Virus genome (UHGV): UHGV-0027832
Length of the DNA stretch: 46,547 nt
From: a virus
Reading direction: 5' to 3' (one strand)
Shown: piece after piece, positions 15,480 to 27,614 of the stretch
How the letters are laid out: the number at the start of each line of letters is the position of its first letter
Numbering within the stretch: position 1 is the stretch's first letter
Program-made: the position numbers and the translations under genes
The notes under the pieces: generated by a model
Told to the model about the DNA's origin: nothing
The model's input: only the letters and a program-made list of their open reading frames with translations
The model's database searches: none

Positions 15480-17354
15480 TTAAAAGTTTATCGCTTTCCC
15501 AATTATTAATACATCCACGACAACTGTTGACCAGGCCGTGTTACCATCACCACGGCCTACTATAATCTGAACATCAGTGGATGTGTGGTTATAACTTGCA
15601 CAATTCCATTGATACATAGGGACGTTATTTGGATACTCTCTCGGAGTGGCAATAACCTGATATCCCTCACCATCGACACTCAACTGAAACGGTAGCGTTA
15701 TTGTGGTTGTGCCGAAGCTCTGGCCTGATGTTCTGGTTATAGTCTTGGAGTAACGCAAGAATCTTTGGTCGTTTGGTAATGAACCGGTATTACCCCCTGA
15801 TGCAAACCAGTCACTAAGTCCTGTTGGCCCGATAAGAAATCCATTGGGGTATGCTGCGGACATATACTTGGTGGTGCTATAGGTGTTCTCATTAATAAGT
15901 GCACCTGTACCCCAAACATCAGCTAAGTCTCCGGAAGCATGGTTGACACGGTTAATGGTGAAGCGGCTATTAGTACCCAAATCCCATATACGGCGACCTG
16001 TGTTGAGGAATCTGATATTGCTAAGAGTAAACTGAGAACCGTTGCTGTCGCCCTGAACCCATAATAAGTTGGTGGGAACAGGTGATTGCTGGGCTTCAAC
16101 GTTACCTGCCATGCAGTTAGACCATGTTAAGGCAACACGTCCAGATACCTTAACTACTGCATCGGAGCCTGAGTTCTCAAAACCACACTCGTCAATCGTA
16201 TACACACTGTTATAGTCCGATGACTCCAACCAGTACGCAGCCTTTTTAGTAAAATCATTAGCGCACTTGGATATAACAGAGTACCCACTCTTCATTCGCA
16301 CAGCATAATTAGAATTCTGGAAATAGGATTCTGTAATCCATGCAGATGTGCCTGCTTTTTTCCATATTCCGTAGTTTGATGAGCTAAACATTTGGCAACC
16401 ATGAACGCGAAACACCCATGAACCGTTATCGCAAATATCTGCTTCAGTGAATCCAGTAAACTTACAGTCATTAATATTTGTATTCTGTGTCCTGCCCAGG
16501 TAAATTCCGTAGGAGCCACCAGCGGTTGAGGTGAACTGCAATCCTTCTATATATACAGCCTGTGGTTGATTCACCACAGCGTTGTCCGGGTTTGTTGATG
16601 ACACGACAATAGCAGCGTTAACATCCATAACAATTCCGCTCTCATCAACAGGCAATCCGGAAGTCTCCGTTGAAGAGTTTAGATTTATTACGGTTCGTCC
16701 GCCATAGCAAAGAATACGGCTGTTACGAAATCCTTTTTGCTTATATATCAGAGGTTTATTTATGTTGTATGTGACTGCTTTGTCGAATAATACCGCTTTA
16801 CCATTTAGCGTGGCATAGTCTAGCATTTCCTGTAATGCGGATGATGCATCACTCCCATCTTCTGGGGTTCCAAATTGTGCTGGAGTTACAAACCACAGCA
16901 TGTCATAAACGGAACCGATACCAGCAGGAGCCTTTATTAATTTTGATCCTATATCTTGATTGTTTAATTCTGAACGCAAGGCGGCATCACCAACACTAAC
17001 CCATGCTCCTTGTTTAACCTCACCAGTGCCATCTGGAGTTGAGCCCGCTGGAACGATTTTTGGGAAATCCCCATCCCAACGGTAATATTCTCCGTTCGCT
17101 TCATAGCGCAGTGTCTGATTGGGAAGCGTCAATGTTGCTCCATCTTCGAAGCTGTCCATTGTGATGTAGCCATATTTGCGGATAGCTTCTTCTGCTGTGT
17201 ACTGGAATCCAGCAATAGTCCATCGGCGCACGCCAAAGCGATCTGTATAGTAATGCACGTCAGATGTCACTACCTCGTCAATCTTCCCGGCATTAAACTT
17301 GAGGTCGCGCGGGTCTTCTGACGGAATTGGTTTATTGGTTGGTGTGGTAGCCAT
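15480..17354 (-). CDS. Tail fiber/tailspike protein with a probable right-handed beta-helix (pectate-lyase-like) domain; putative receptor-binding or depolymerase protein
   Basis: 624 aa, last gene of the tail operon. The N-terminal ~120 aa look like an adaptor domain; the remainder is rich in N/G/S/T repeats typical of beta-helix tailspikes. AAGGAG SD upstream. Confidence 0.65.
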   Translation of the reverse strand: MATTPTNKPIPSEDPRDLKFNAGKIDEVVTSDVHYYTDRFGVRRWTIAGFQYTAEEAIRKYGYITMDSFEDGATLTLPNQTLRYEANGEYYRWDGDFPKIVPAGSTPDGTGEVKQGAWVSVGDAALRSELNNQDIGSKLIKAPAGIGSVYDMLWFVTPAQFGTPEDGSDASSALQEMLDYATLNGKAVLFDKAVTYNINKPLIYKQKGFRNSRILCYGGRTVINLNSSTETSGLPVDESGIVMDVNAAIVVSSTNPDNAVVNQPQAVYIEGLQFTSTAGGSYGIYLGRTQNTNINDCKFTGFTEADICDNGSWVFRVHGCQMFSSSNYGIWKKAGTSAWITESYFQNSNYAVRMKSGYSVISKCANDFTKKAAYWLESSDYNSVYTIDECGFENSGSDAVVKVSGRVALTWSNCMAGNVEAQQSPVPTNLLWVQGDSNGSQFTLSNIRFLNTGRRIWDLGTNSRFTINRVNHASGDLADVWGTGALINENTYSTTKYMSAAYPNGFLIGPTGLSDWFASGGNTGSLPNDQRFLRYSKTITRTSGQSFGTTTITLPFQLSVDGEGYQVIATPREYPNNVPMYQWNCASYNHTSTDVQIIVGRGDGNTAWSTVVVDVLIIGKAINF

Positions 17355-17393
17355 TATGATAAATGCTCCTTTGTGAATTTGATGTATATTGTA

Positions 17394-21195
<3,802 letters not shown>

Positions 21196-21219
21196 GATAG
21201 TCTCCATCTCGTGTTGTTG

Positions 21220-21247
21220 TATTTTAGCACGCTGATGGTACAATAAT
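21220..21247 (+). promoter_or_regulatory. Extended -10 promoter (TGGTACAAT) for the opposite-strand inserted gene
   Basis: TGgTACAAT at 21236-21244; -35 weak (TTGTTG); followed by GAGGG SD and ATG at 21331. Confidence 0.3.
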
Positions 21248-21330
21248 AAGTGCAGCTAGGAGGCGTCCGAAAAGCGATTGGTTATCGCCTGCTGCATCAC
21301 TCCAAACCACCTTTAACCGAGGGTTCAATC

Positions 21331-22209
21331 ATGAGCAAATCAACCACTGAAGAATTTATTATAAAAGCCAGATCGATTCATGGTAATAAATATCTTTACG
21401 ATGCTGTTTCTTATATAAAAAGTTCGATAAAGGTAAAGATAACATGCCGTAAGCATGGGTTATTTGAGCAGACTCCAAACTCTCATTTGAATGGAGCTGG
21501 ATGCCCTTCTTGCTCTGGAAATAAGAAGAAAACAACGCGTGAATTTGTGGCTGATGCGATTGCAAAGCATGGTGAATCTTATGATTATTCTAAAGTTGAA
21601 TATAGAGGTGGTCATAAGAAAGTAAAAATAATATGCAAAGTACATAATTTTGAGTTTTCTCAGGAGGCCAACAGTCACCTTAATGGGTGTGGTTGCCCTG
21701 TTTGCGCAAGGGAGAAAATTACAGCATCTGTAACTAAGGGGTTCAATAAGTTCAAGAAAGATGCCATTATAATTCATGGGAATAAGTACCATTATGATTG
21801 CTTGTCATACGTTAATGTGACAACAAAAATGAGAATAAAATGCCCAGAACATGGGTGGTTTGCAAAGACGCCAGACAGGCACATTCAAGGGCAAGGTTGC
21901 CCTCATTGCTCCAAGGGAGGTTTCAAGCTGAAAGAAAAGGCATTTGTTTACTTCTTGTTCTCAGGAAACGAAATTAAAGTTGGGATTACTAACAATCTTA
22001 GGCGTCGAGTTTGTCAGTTAAAGAAAAACACACCATTTGATTTTCACGTCATATCAAAAATAAAGACAATAGGTGGTGATGCTCTTGCTATTGAAAAGTA
22101 CTATCACAAGAAATACGAAAGTGCAGGACTGACAGGTTTTGATGGCGCAACTGAGTGGCTTAAGTATTCACCTGAATTAATGGATGAGATAATGAACAAA
22201 GCCCCGTGA
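21331..22209 (+). CDS. Homing-endonuclease-like protein: three tandem ~45-aa Cys/His repeats plus a C-terminal T5orf172/GIY-YIG-like domain
   Basis: Repeats HGNKY.YD..SY......I.C..HG.F......H..G.GCP.C occur three times; C-terminus AFVYFLFSGNEIKVGITNNLRRRVCQLKK matches the T5orf172/GIY-YIG signature. Encoded on the opposite strand inside the tail operon, with its own promoter and terminator. Confidence 0.65.
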   Translation: MSKSTTEEFIIKARSIHGNKYLYDAVSYIKSSIKVKITCRKHGLFEQTPNSHLNGAGCPSCSGNKKKTTREFVADAIAKHGESYDYSKVEYRGGHKKVKIICKVHNFEFSQEANSHLNGCGCPVCAREKITASVTKGFNKFKKDAIIIHGNKYHYDCLSYVNVTTKMRIKCPEHGWFAKTPDRHIQGQGCPHCSKGGFKLKEKAFVYFLFSGNEIKVGITNNLRRRVCQLKKNTPFDFHVISKIKTIGGDALAIEKYYHKKYESAGLTGFDGATEWLKYSPELMDEIMNKAP

Positions 22210-22223
22210 GGGGCTTCTTTTTA
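22198..22223. terminator. Bidirectional rho-independent terminator
   Basis: AAAGCCCCGTGAGGGGCTT hairpin followed by CTTTTT; lies between convergent genes. Confidence 0.7.
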
Positions 22224-24599
22224 CTCTGTTGCTCGTCTGTTGGTGTTAAAGTTCCTTGAGATGGATTGACTCATTGGACCGCCTTCATTCATATCGGATA
22301 TAAATGTCTCAATAGTTATCGAGCCATCACCGTTATCGGTGGCTCTGCTTGTTGCGCTAGCATTGCTTGAATTATTGTAAACATTATTATAGACCACAAC
22401 TCCGCCACCTCCACCGGAAATATCCTTATTGCTGATAACCTTTCCTGAGTTGCCAGGTATCATGTATTGCCTGCCTGTGCTGGCCTGGAATATTTCTGGT
22501 GCGTTTCCCTCGCCCACTTCGTACATACTTCCAGCACTAACAGGGCCACCATTTTTACGCTTGCCAGCAATGCCCATCGCCAGTGCTCCGAGAACGGCGC
22601 CTACCCCAATTGCAGCCGCCCCGCCGAATGAGCCGATTGATGCTACGATTGCTGCAGGAGTCCATGCCGCCGTAGTGGTTGCTGCCGCCGCAGTGGATGC
22701 TGCTGTTGTGGTTGCCAGTCCTGCCGTTTGCGCCGCTGTGGTGGTAGCCGTAGCCGCAACCTGTGCAGTCTGTCCCATAACCGCAGATTTTACCCACTGC
22801 ACACCCATTTCGACGAAACTATTTACCAGAGAGTTCAGCACCGTAGAGCCGAGACTGCGCATGGCATCCTGAACGCTCATTGTTCCTGTCAGCAATCCGG
22901 TAATGCTGTTTGATGCTGTGCTCATTGCCGAATCAAGCGCAGTGCCGAAAAGTTGAGCACCAAGGCTTTGCTGCTGCCACTCAGCCCACATGGCGTCCAT
23001 TCGCTGCTGGCGATATTGCGCTTCAATTGCTGCGCGAGTCTGCTCAATCTCCGTGATTTTCTGCGGATATGCTGCGGCGTAGGCATCAAGATTAGCTATA
23101 CGTTGCTGGTATTCACTGTCAATACCTGTTGTTGGTGACGCAATGGCACGCAACCCCTGATATGATTTTTCTACGCGCTGCCTTTCCTTCTCGGCCTCTG
23201 CTTGTTCCTTCAATGCATTCTTCTGGTCCCAAATCTTCGCAGCGTACTCACCAGCCAGCTTTATTTGCTCCTGAGTGGCGGCTTTGCCAAGCGATTGCTG
23301 CGCGTTGAGAATGGCTTGTTCGCGGGATAGTTCGCTGGTAGATGTGGCATTGAGCATGGTTTGCTGGCGTAATTTCTCCAGCTTTTCAGCTACTGACTCA
23401 GCTTGCCGTTCTTCGGCGCTTTTACCCTTTCCTTTGCCTTTTTTGTCTTTTGTTGGTGCTTGAGCAATCTTCAGGTGTTTTGTTGCTTCAGCTTGTTTCT
23501 TTGTCTGCTCGTAACCTTCTGCTGATGCCTTAACGAATCGCTCAACCTGATCGTTATATTGCTTTTGCTTCTCAATGTCGTCATCACCGAAAAGCGCATC
23601 GACTCCCATCTGCGCCCATGCTCCGGGATTTAACTTGGAAATTACAGTGGCGAGAGACAGAATCTTATCGCTTGTGCTGGTTGATTTATCACCGAGAAAA
23701 TCAATGTATTTTGCCAGCTGGTCGATAATCTCCACTGCTGTTTTTGATGCACCAGTAGCATCGTTAACGGCAACCACAAGTTTGGAGAATGAAACCTCAA
23801 GAGAACCAACGGCCTGATCTATTGTGCGAGGAAGTTTTTCAAACTCAGCATTGACGACTCTTGTTCTGTCCTGAATTGCATTCAGTGCATCTTCTGCCGT
23901 CAGTTTGCCATCGAGCATTCTGGCGCGAAGTTCACCCATTGAAATGCCAAGCCCAGCCGCTATCTGGCGTGCAAGTTCAGGCATCTGCTCAAGGATGGAG
24001 TTAAATTCTTCGGCGCGGATTGTGCCAGATGCGATTGACTGACCGAATTGGCGCAGGGCGTTCGCCATTTCTTCGGTTGATGACCCGCCGATTCTACCTA
24101 TCTTTTGCAGGGTATCGGTAAGGTTCAGGACCTGAGCATTTGTCGCTCCAGCCTCTTTTAGTGATGACGTCAATGTTTCCCACAGCTTCGTGGTGTCGCT
24201 GAGGCTTGCGCCAGTGGTTGAGGCGATATTTGCCAGTGTGCTGAATGTTTCATTCGCGGTTTTCGCATCAGTTGATAAGCGAGCAATCCTTGCCTGAAGC
24301 TGCGTCATGTTATCGGCAACCTCAAGGAATCGCTTTCCCCATTCGATAATCAATGACACGGATATTGCGCCAGCAAGAGCCGTCATCTGCGTTTTTAAAC
24401 CAGAAACAGAGCCAGACAGCCCGCCAAATGTTTTGCCAGTTTTCTTTGCTGCGTTATCAACGCCATTAAGTGTATCGGTTGCTGACGTTCCTGATTTAAC
24501 GAATCGTCCAAACTCATCTCGCGCGCGTTGTGTGCCTTTTTTTAGCCCCTCAACATCCATCCCGACTTCATAGACAATTCCGCCGACTTCTTCAGCCAT
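22221..24599 (-). CDS. Tail tape measure protein
   Basis: 792 aa. Alpha-helical, Ala/Gln-rich with a repetitive Ala/Thr stretch and a hydrophobic segment; follows the chaperone gene with a TAATG overlap. Confidence 0.85.
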   Translation of the reverse strand: MAEEVGGIVYEVGMDVEGLKKGTQRARDEFGRFVKSGTSATDTLNGVDNAAKKTGKTFGGLSGSVSGLKTQMTALAGAISVSLIIEWGKRFLEVADNMTQLQARIARLSTDAKTANETFSTLANIASTTGASLSDTTKLWETLTSSLKEAGATNAQVLNLTDTLQKIGRIGGSSTEEMANALRQFGQSIASGTIRAEEFNSILEQMPELARQIAAGLGISMGELRARMLDGKLTAEDALNAIQDRTRVVNAEFEKLPRTIDQAVGSLEVSFSKLVVAVNDATGASKTAVEIIDQLAKYIDFLGDKSTSTSDKILSLATVISKLNPGAWAQMGVDALFGDDDIEKQKQYNDQVERFVKASAEGYEQTKKQAEATKHLKIAQAPTKDKKGKGKGKSAEERQAESVAEKLEKLRQQTMLNATSTSELSREQAILNAQQSLGKAATQEQIKLAGEYAAKIWDQKNALKEQAEAEKERQRVEKSYQGLRAIASPTTGIDSEYQQRIANLDAYAAAYPQKITEIEQTRAAIEAQYRQQRMDAMWAEWQQQSLGAQLFGTALDSAMSTASNSITGLLTGTMSVQDAMRSLGSTVLNSLVNSFVEMGVQWVKSAVMGQTAQVAATATTTAAQTAGLATTTAASTAAAATTTAAWTPAAIVASIGSFGGAAAIGVGAVLGALAMGIAGKRKNGGPVSAGSMYEVGEGNAPEIFQASTGRQYMIPGNSGKVISNKDISGGGGGVVVYNNVYNNSSNASATSRATDNGDGSITIETFISDMNEGGPMSQSISRNFNTNRRATE

Positions 24600-25306
24600 T
24601 ATGTATTCCTCGCTTTTTTCGCTTTGCGTTCAGCCAGTGCCTTCATGCGCTCACGGTCTGCTTTAGCCTGATCGTACTCTGCCGCGCGTTCTTCTTTCGT
24701 TAACCCTTTCGGCTCTGGATATTTATTCTTAATCATCATCTGAAACTCTGTCATAGACAGGTTTTCTGCCTCATCGCGCGTCATGTCGAAATGCGTGCGT
24801 GCTGAGATGATGTATTGCGACGCATGAAATTCGTTTGTAGTTTTTTTGCCATGCTCCTCCAGACGCTCAGGCACTTTGAGTGGTGACTTACCGATGATGC
24901 CGTGCTGCATCAGATTGCGTGCAATAATAATAATGTCACTCACTGGCATGATGCCCGGCACATATCGCACGCCGCGCGGAGTTGGCTTCCATCCACCAAT
25001 CAGCACAGAAATATCATCTTCACAGCATGACTGCATGACGATATAGGCTGCGCTCAGCACATGGCGACCATACACAGGCTTACTGATGGTTTTCATGACC
25101 TGCATCTGCGCGCCAAATGGCAGGTATTCGACATGCTGCAATGGCGCAACATAATCAATGCCATTGAGCTTAGCGTATACCTCAACGATTTCTTTTGGTG
25201 TGCCGATTTCATTCATGGCGCGGAATGATGGCTTAAAGAAAAAACTCCTGTCAGAAAGCGAGATGCGCATCTCTCCGATTTCTGTTAGTGGCGTGCGATT
25301 GCTCAT
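24599..25306 (-). CDS. Tail assembly chaperone (gpG/GT-like position, single ORF)
   Basis: 235 aa immediately upstream of the TMP gene; acidic/basic coiled C-terminus; start taken at 25306 (AGGA SD). Confidence 0.55.
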   Translation of the reverse strand: MSNRTPLTEIGEMRISLSDRSFFFKPSFRAMNEIGTPKEIVEVYAKLNGIDYVAPLQHVEYLPFGAQMQVMKTISKPVYGRHVLSAAYIVMQSCCEDDISVLIGGWKPTPRGVRYVPGIMPVSDIIIIARNLMQHGIIGKSPLKVPERLEEHGKKTTNEFHASQYIISARTHFDMTRDEAENLSMTEFQMMIKNKYPEPKGLTKEERAAEYDQAKADRERMKALAERKAKKARNT

Positions 25307-25334
25307 GTTTTGCATCCTGAATTTGACTGATATT

Positions 25335-25384
25335 GATTATATCATCTCGATGGTGTTGACACCTGTGAGGTGGTGATGTAGATT
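25335..25384 (+). promoter_or_regulatory. Strong sigma70-like promoter: TGATTATATCA upstream element, -35 TTGACA, 17 nt, -10 TAGATT
   Basis: TTGACA at 25356-25361; spacer cctgtgaggtggtgatg; TAGATT at 25379-25384. Nearly identical in layout to the promoter at 27097-27141. Confidence 0.5.
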
Positions 25385-25423
25385 CAAGTCATCGAAACGA
25401 GTGATGAATAAATGAGGTGAGTT

Positions 25424-25717
25424 ATGAAAATTAAAATGTTGATTGCATCAGTGCTATTTGCCTCCTCCTTTGCGGTAAGCGCAACCTCTGAGGTTTGCAA
25501 AAACATCGGAGAAATCGCCATGAACACTGCCGATGCTCGCGATAACGGTATTAGCAAGAATCTTGCCGAGGTGGTAGTAAAAGGATCAGCAAAAAACAAC
25601 GAATCAGCAGAAATAATCGGCCTTGCCATTGTAGAAATGGTTTATGCCAGCAGTGATATGACCAAAGAGCAATTGCGTGATGTTGCTGTTGCTTTGTGCG
25701 AAAAGAATGGCATGTAA
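25424..25717 (+). CDS. Secreted or periplasmic small protein with a signal peptide (97 aa)
   Basis: MKIKMLIASVLFASSFAVSATSE is a typical Sec signal with an AxA cleavage context; GAGGTGA SD. Confidence 0.6.
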   Translation: MKIKMLIASVLFASSFAVSATSEVCKNIGEIAMNTADARDNGISKNLAEVVVKGSAKNNESAEIIGLAIVEMVYASSDMTKEQLRDVAVALCEKNGM

Positions 25718-25737
25718 TATAAACAAGTTATTAACAG

Positions 25738-25944
25738 TTGAGGTTAGCTATGGACGTTGTTATTTTGTTGTTTTTCGCTGGATTGGTGATATTTGCTTAT
25801 CTTCTCCCGTCATTTGTGGCATTGCAAAGAAAGCACACAAACACGACAGCAATCTGTGTTCTGAATATTCTTGTCGGGTGGAGCTTTATTGGATGGGTTG
25901 CGGCACTTGTTTGGGCATTAGTTAACAGTGGCGACAAGAAATGA
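25738..25944 (+). CDS. Superinfection immunity (Imm)-like small membrane protein
   Basis: LPSFVALQRKHTNTTAICVLNILVGWSFIGWVAALVWAL matches the Imm_superinfect family signature (..NlllGW..iGWi.AlvWA); two TM segments. Confidence 0.65.
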   Translation: MRLAMDVVILLFFAGLVIFAYLLPSFVALQRKHTNTTAICVLNILVGWSFIGWVAALVWALVNSGDKK

Positions 25945-26084
25945 ACGAACAAACAAAAGCAGACCTGATTTTCTACACTGATTTGTATGTCGATGCGGGT
26001 TATGATTATGAAGAAGCAGAGCGCATGGCGAAAGACTTGCTTCGTGTTATTGGTGTGATTTTTGATGAGGATAAGGTGATATGA
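25941..26084 (+). CDS. Hypothetical acidic protein (47 aa)
   Basis: ATGA overlaps on both sides; sequence MNEQTKADLIFYTDLYVDAGYDYEEAERMAKDLL... Confidence 0.35.
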   Translation: MNEQTKADLIFYTDLYVDAGYDYEEAERMAKDLLRVIGVIFDEDKVI

Positions 26085-26314
26085 GCCAGTGGATTAAATG
26101 CAGTGAGCGGATGCCTGAAGAAGACTCTTATGTGGTAGCTGCAGAAATTGGAAGCGCAACATTGTATTCCTTTGTCGCATCTTGGTTCCTTCATGGAAGA
26201 TTTAACCTAATGGAGGATGGACTTAGCGCATCAAATTATGATGGCGGTGCATGTATTAGTATGAATTTGAGTATCACACACTGGATGCCGCTACCAGAAC
26301 CACCACAAGAATAA
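26081..26314 (+). CDS. DUF551-domain protein
   Basis: C-terminus ITHWMPLPEPPQE is the hallmark of DUF551; followed by a terminator. Confidence 0.6.
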   Translation: MSQWIKCSERMPEEDSYVVAAEIGSATLYSFVASWFLHGRFNLMEDGLSASNYDGGACISMNLSITHWMPLPEPPQE

Positions 26315-26317
26315 AAC

Positions 26318-26344
26318 AAAGCCCCTTTCGGGGCTTTTTCTTTA
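26318..26344. terminator. Bidirectional rho-independent terminator
   Basis: AAAGCCCCTTTCGGGGCTTT hairpin followed by TTCTTT. Confidence 0.7.
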
Positions 26345-27061
26345 TCAGGATACGGTGCAGGCCGTGCTCAGGATGACTTCCGGGTCAGTAGACGAGTCTG
26401 TTACCGTAACTGTATACACACCAGCGGTAGGGCTTGCCAGTGTCGCACCAGATTCGCTACCGACAACCACGCCATCTTTGCGCCAAACGTAGGTGTAAGG
26501 AGCAACGCCACCTTCAACAGCAACAGTTAACGGACTGCCAGTCGTGCCAGTTGATTGCAGGTCGGTAGTGAATGCCAGAGGCTCAAGGCTTTCGACGGTA
26601 ACGCTGTCAGAATCGTAGACCTTGAACTCAAGGCTGCCAGTCACGATGTCGTTCGTGCCACCTTCGTAGCTGATGCTGGTGATGTTGCAGTACGCGGTAA
26701 CGATAGTTGCACCAGTCACCTGACGCACCCACAAGGAAGGCTGGCGACGCGCTTTCAGTTCAGTGGCGTAAATCTCAACAAGACGATGGAAGCCAAACTC
26801 ATCACTTGGGTCATTCTTGCGGATTTCCACCTCTGCGCTGATGGTCATATCAGAGCTGGTAACGAGAGTGGAAACAAAACCGCCAGTGGTATCAGCTTCT
26901 GACGTGGTGGTCTGCGGCGAATAGTCCACGCCTTTACTGGTGGTTGAGCCTAAATATTTCCAGTCTCCAGCTTCCGGAACTGCGTCACCGCAACCTTCAG
27001 CAAGGAACAGTCGGGTCATGCGACCGACCAGAACGCCTTTATCATTTGCACAAATAGCCAT
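26345..27061 (-). CDS. Major tail protein with a C-terminal Ig-like (Big_2-type) domain
   Basis: 238 aa; GGAGA SD; C-terminal ...LTVAVEGGVAPYTYVWRKDGVVVGSESGATLASPTAGVYTVTVTDSS... resembles a bacterial Ig-like domain; located upstream of the chaperone and TMP genes. Confidence 0.75.
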   Translation of the reverse strand: MAICANDKGVLVGRMTRLFLAEGCGDAVPEAGDWKYLGSTTSKGVDYSPQTTTSEADTTGGFVSTLVTSSDMTISAEVEIRKNDPSDEFGFHRLVEIYATELKARRQPSLWVRQVTGATIVTAYCNITSISYEGGTNDIVTGSLEFKVYDSDSVTVESLEPLAFTTDLQSTGTTGSPLTVAVEGGVAPYTYVWRKDGVVVGSESGATLASPTAGVYTVTVTDSSTDPEVILSTACTVS

Positions 27062-27096
27062 TTCGATCTCCGAATTGTGTTAGCTGCTAACGTGGT

Positions 27097-27141
27097 GATT
27101 ATATCACAGGTGTTGACAGTGATTTTTTTGTGGTGTAGATT
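27097..27141 (+). promoter_or_regulatory. Strong sigma70-like promoter (second copy): TGATTATATCA, -35 TTGACA, 17 nt, -10 TAGATT
   Basis: TTGACA at 27113-27118; spacer gtgatttttttgtggtg; TAGATT at 27136-27141. Confidence 0.5.
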
Positions 27142-27532
27142 AGGATTTAACAGAGATTGGTTCCATGATTTCATCTAATTACATCCAATCCTTCAATTAC
27201 AATTAGCGGTCGAAAGACGCCGGACGCGTAACCGGCACACAACAGGAAATAGTATTGGTGTACCGGAAGCCTGTGGGTTACGGCTAAGGAGTCCCAAGCG
27301 AGCGCATCAGTACTATTTCCGTTGTGACCAGCAAGACCATACAATATACGCAATAATCTTAACCGTAGCGCATGTTGTGGGGCTGGGAATGGGTTAACGT
27401 TCAAGAGTGAGATGGTGCGACACTCCACAACACTTAATATCCAGCATTATCGCAATCATATGTAGGGGTATGTATGGGTTACGGGGCTGGATATTAAGAA
27501 AGCACGCTGGCAATGCTTAAACCAGCACTTAT
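27142..27532 (+). ncRNA. ~390-nt non-coding, highly structured leader or candidate ncRNA between the promoter and the tRNA
   Basis: No plus-strand ORF of 60 aa or more. Long imperfect stem CACAAC(A)GGAAATAGTA / TACTATTTCCGTTGTG at about 27240-27256 and 27305-27320. 13-bp stem CTTAATATCCAGC (27434-27446) / GCTGGATATTAAG (27487-27499). Repeated GGGTTACGG and GGGCTGG elements. Confidence 0.3.
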
Positions 27533-27609
27533 GGACGCGTAGCTTAATTGGTTAAAGCAACCGACTCATAATCGGCTGATTGAAGGTTCAAATCCGTCCG
27601 TGTCCACCA
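27533..27609 (+). tRNA. tRNA with anticodon CAU (tRNA-Met, or tRNA-Ile2 if lysidine-modified)
   Basis: Cloverleaf: acceptor GGACGCG/CGTGTCC (one G-U pair); D-arm GCTT/AAGC; anticodon stem CCGA/TCGG with loop CTCATAA; T-arm GAAGG-TTCAAAT-CCGTC (one mismatch); discriminator A; encoded CCA. Confidence 0.8.
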
Positions 27610-27614
27610 AATTA

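Noticed and set aside
22429-22872. Plus-strand 147-aa ORF (and 22555..22797, 22728..22913) inside the tape measure gene
   Set aside because: They are antisense to the TMP gene and have a low-complexity Ala/Val/Pro composition that mirrors the TMP Ala/Thr repeats. They have no SD and are typical spurious antisense ORFs.
24599-25306. Programmed -1 frameshift (G/GT-type) in the tail chaperone gene
   Set aside because: The chaperone is a single uninterrupted 235-aa ORF ending at the TMP start. I could not identify a convincing slippery heptamer, so no frameshift is called.
27171-27428. 85-aa minus-strand ORF inside the tRNA leader
   Set aside because: It starts at GTG, has no SD, and has an odd composition. 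The region is better explained as structured RNA.
27277-27490. Possible CRISPR-like or tandem repeats (GGGTTACGG, GGGCTGG)
   Set aside because: There are only two copies each, with irregular spacing and no repeat-spacer periodicity. This is not a CRISPR array.
27533-27609. Phage tRNA as an amber suppressor explaining the two in-frame TAG codons
   Set aside because: The anticodon loop reads CTCATAA (anticodon CAU), not CUA, so the tRNA cannot read UAG.
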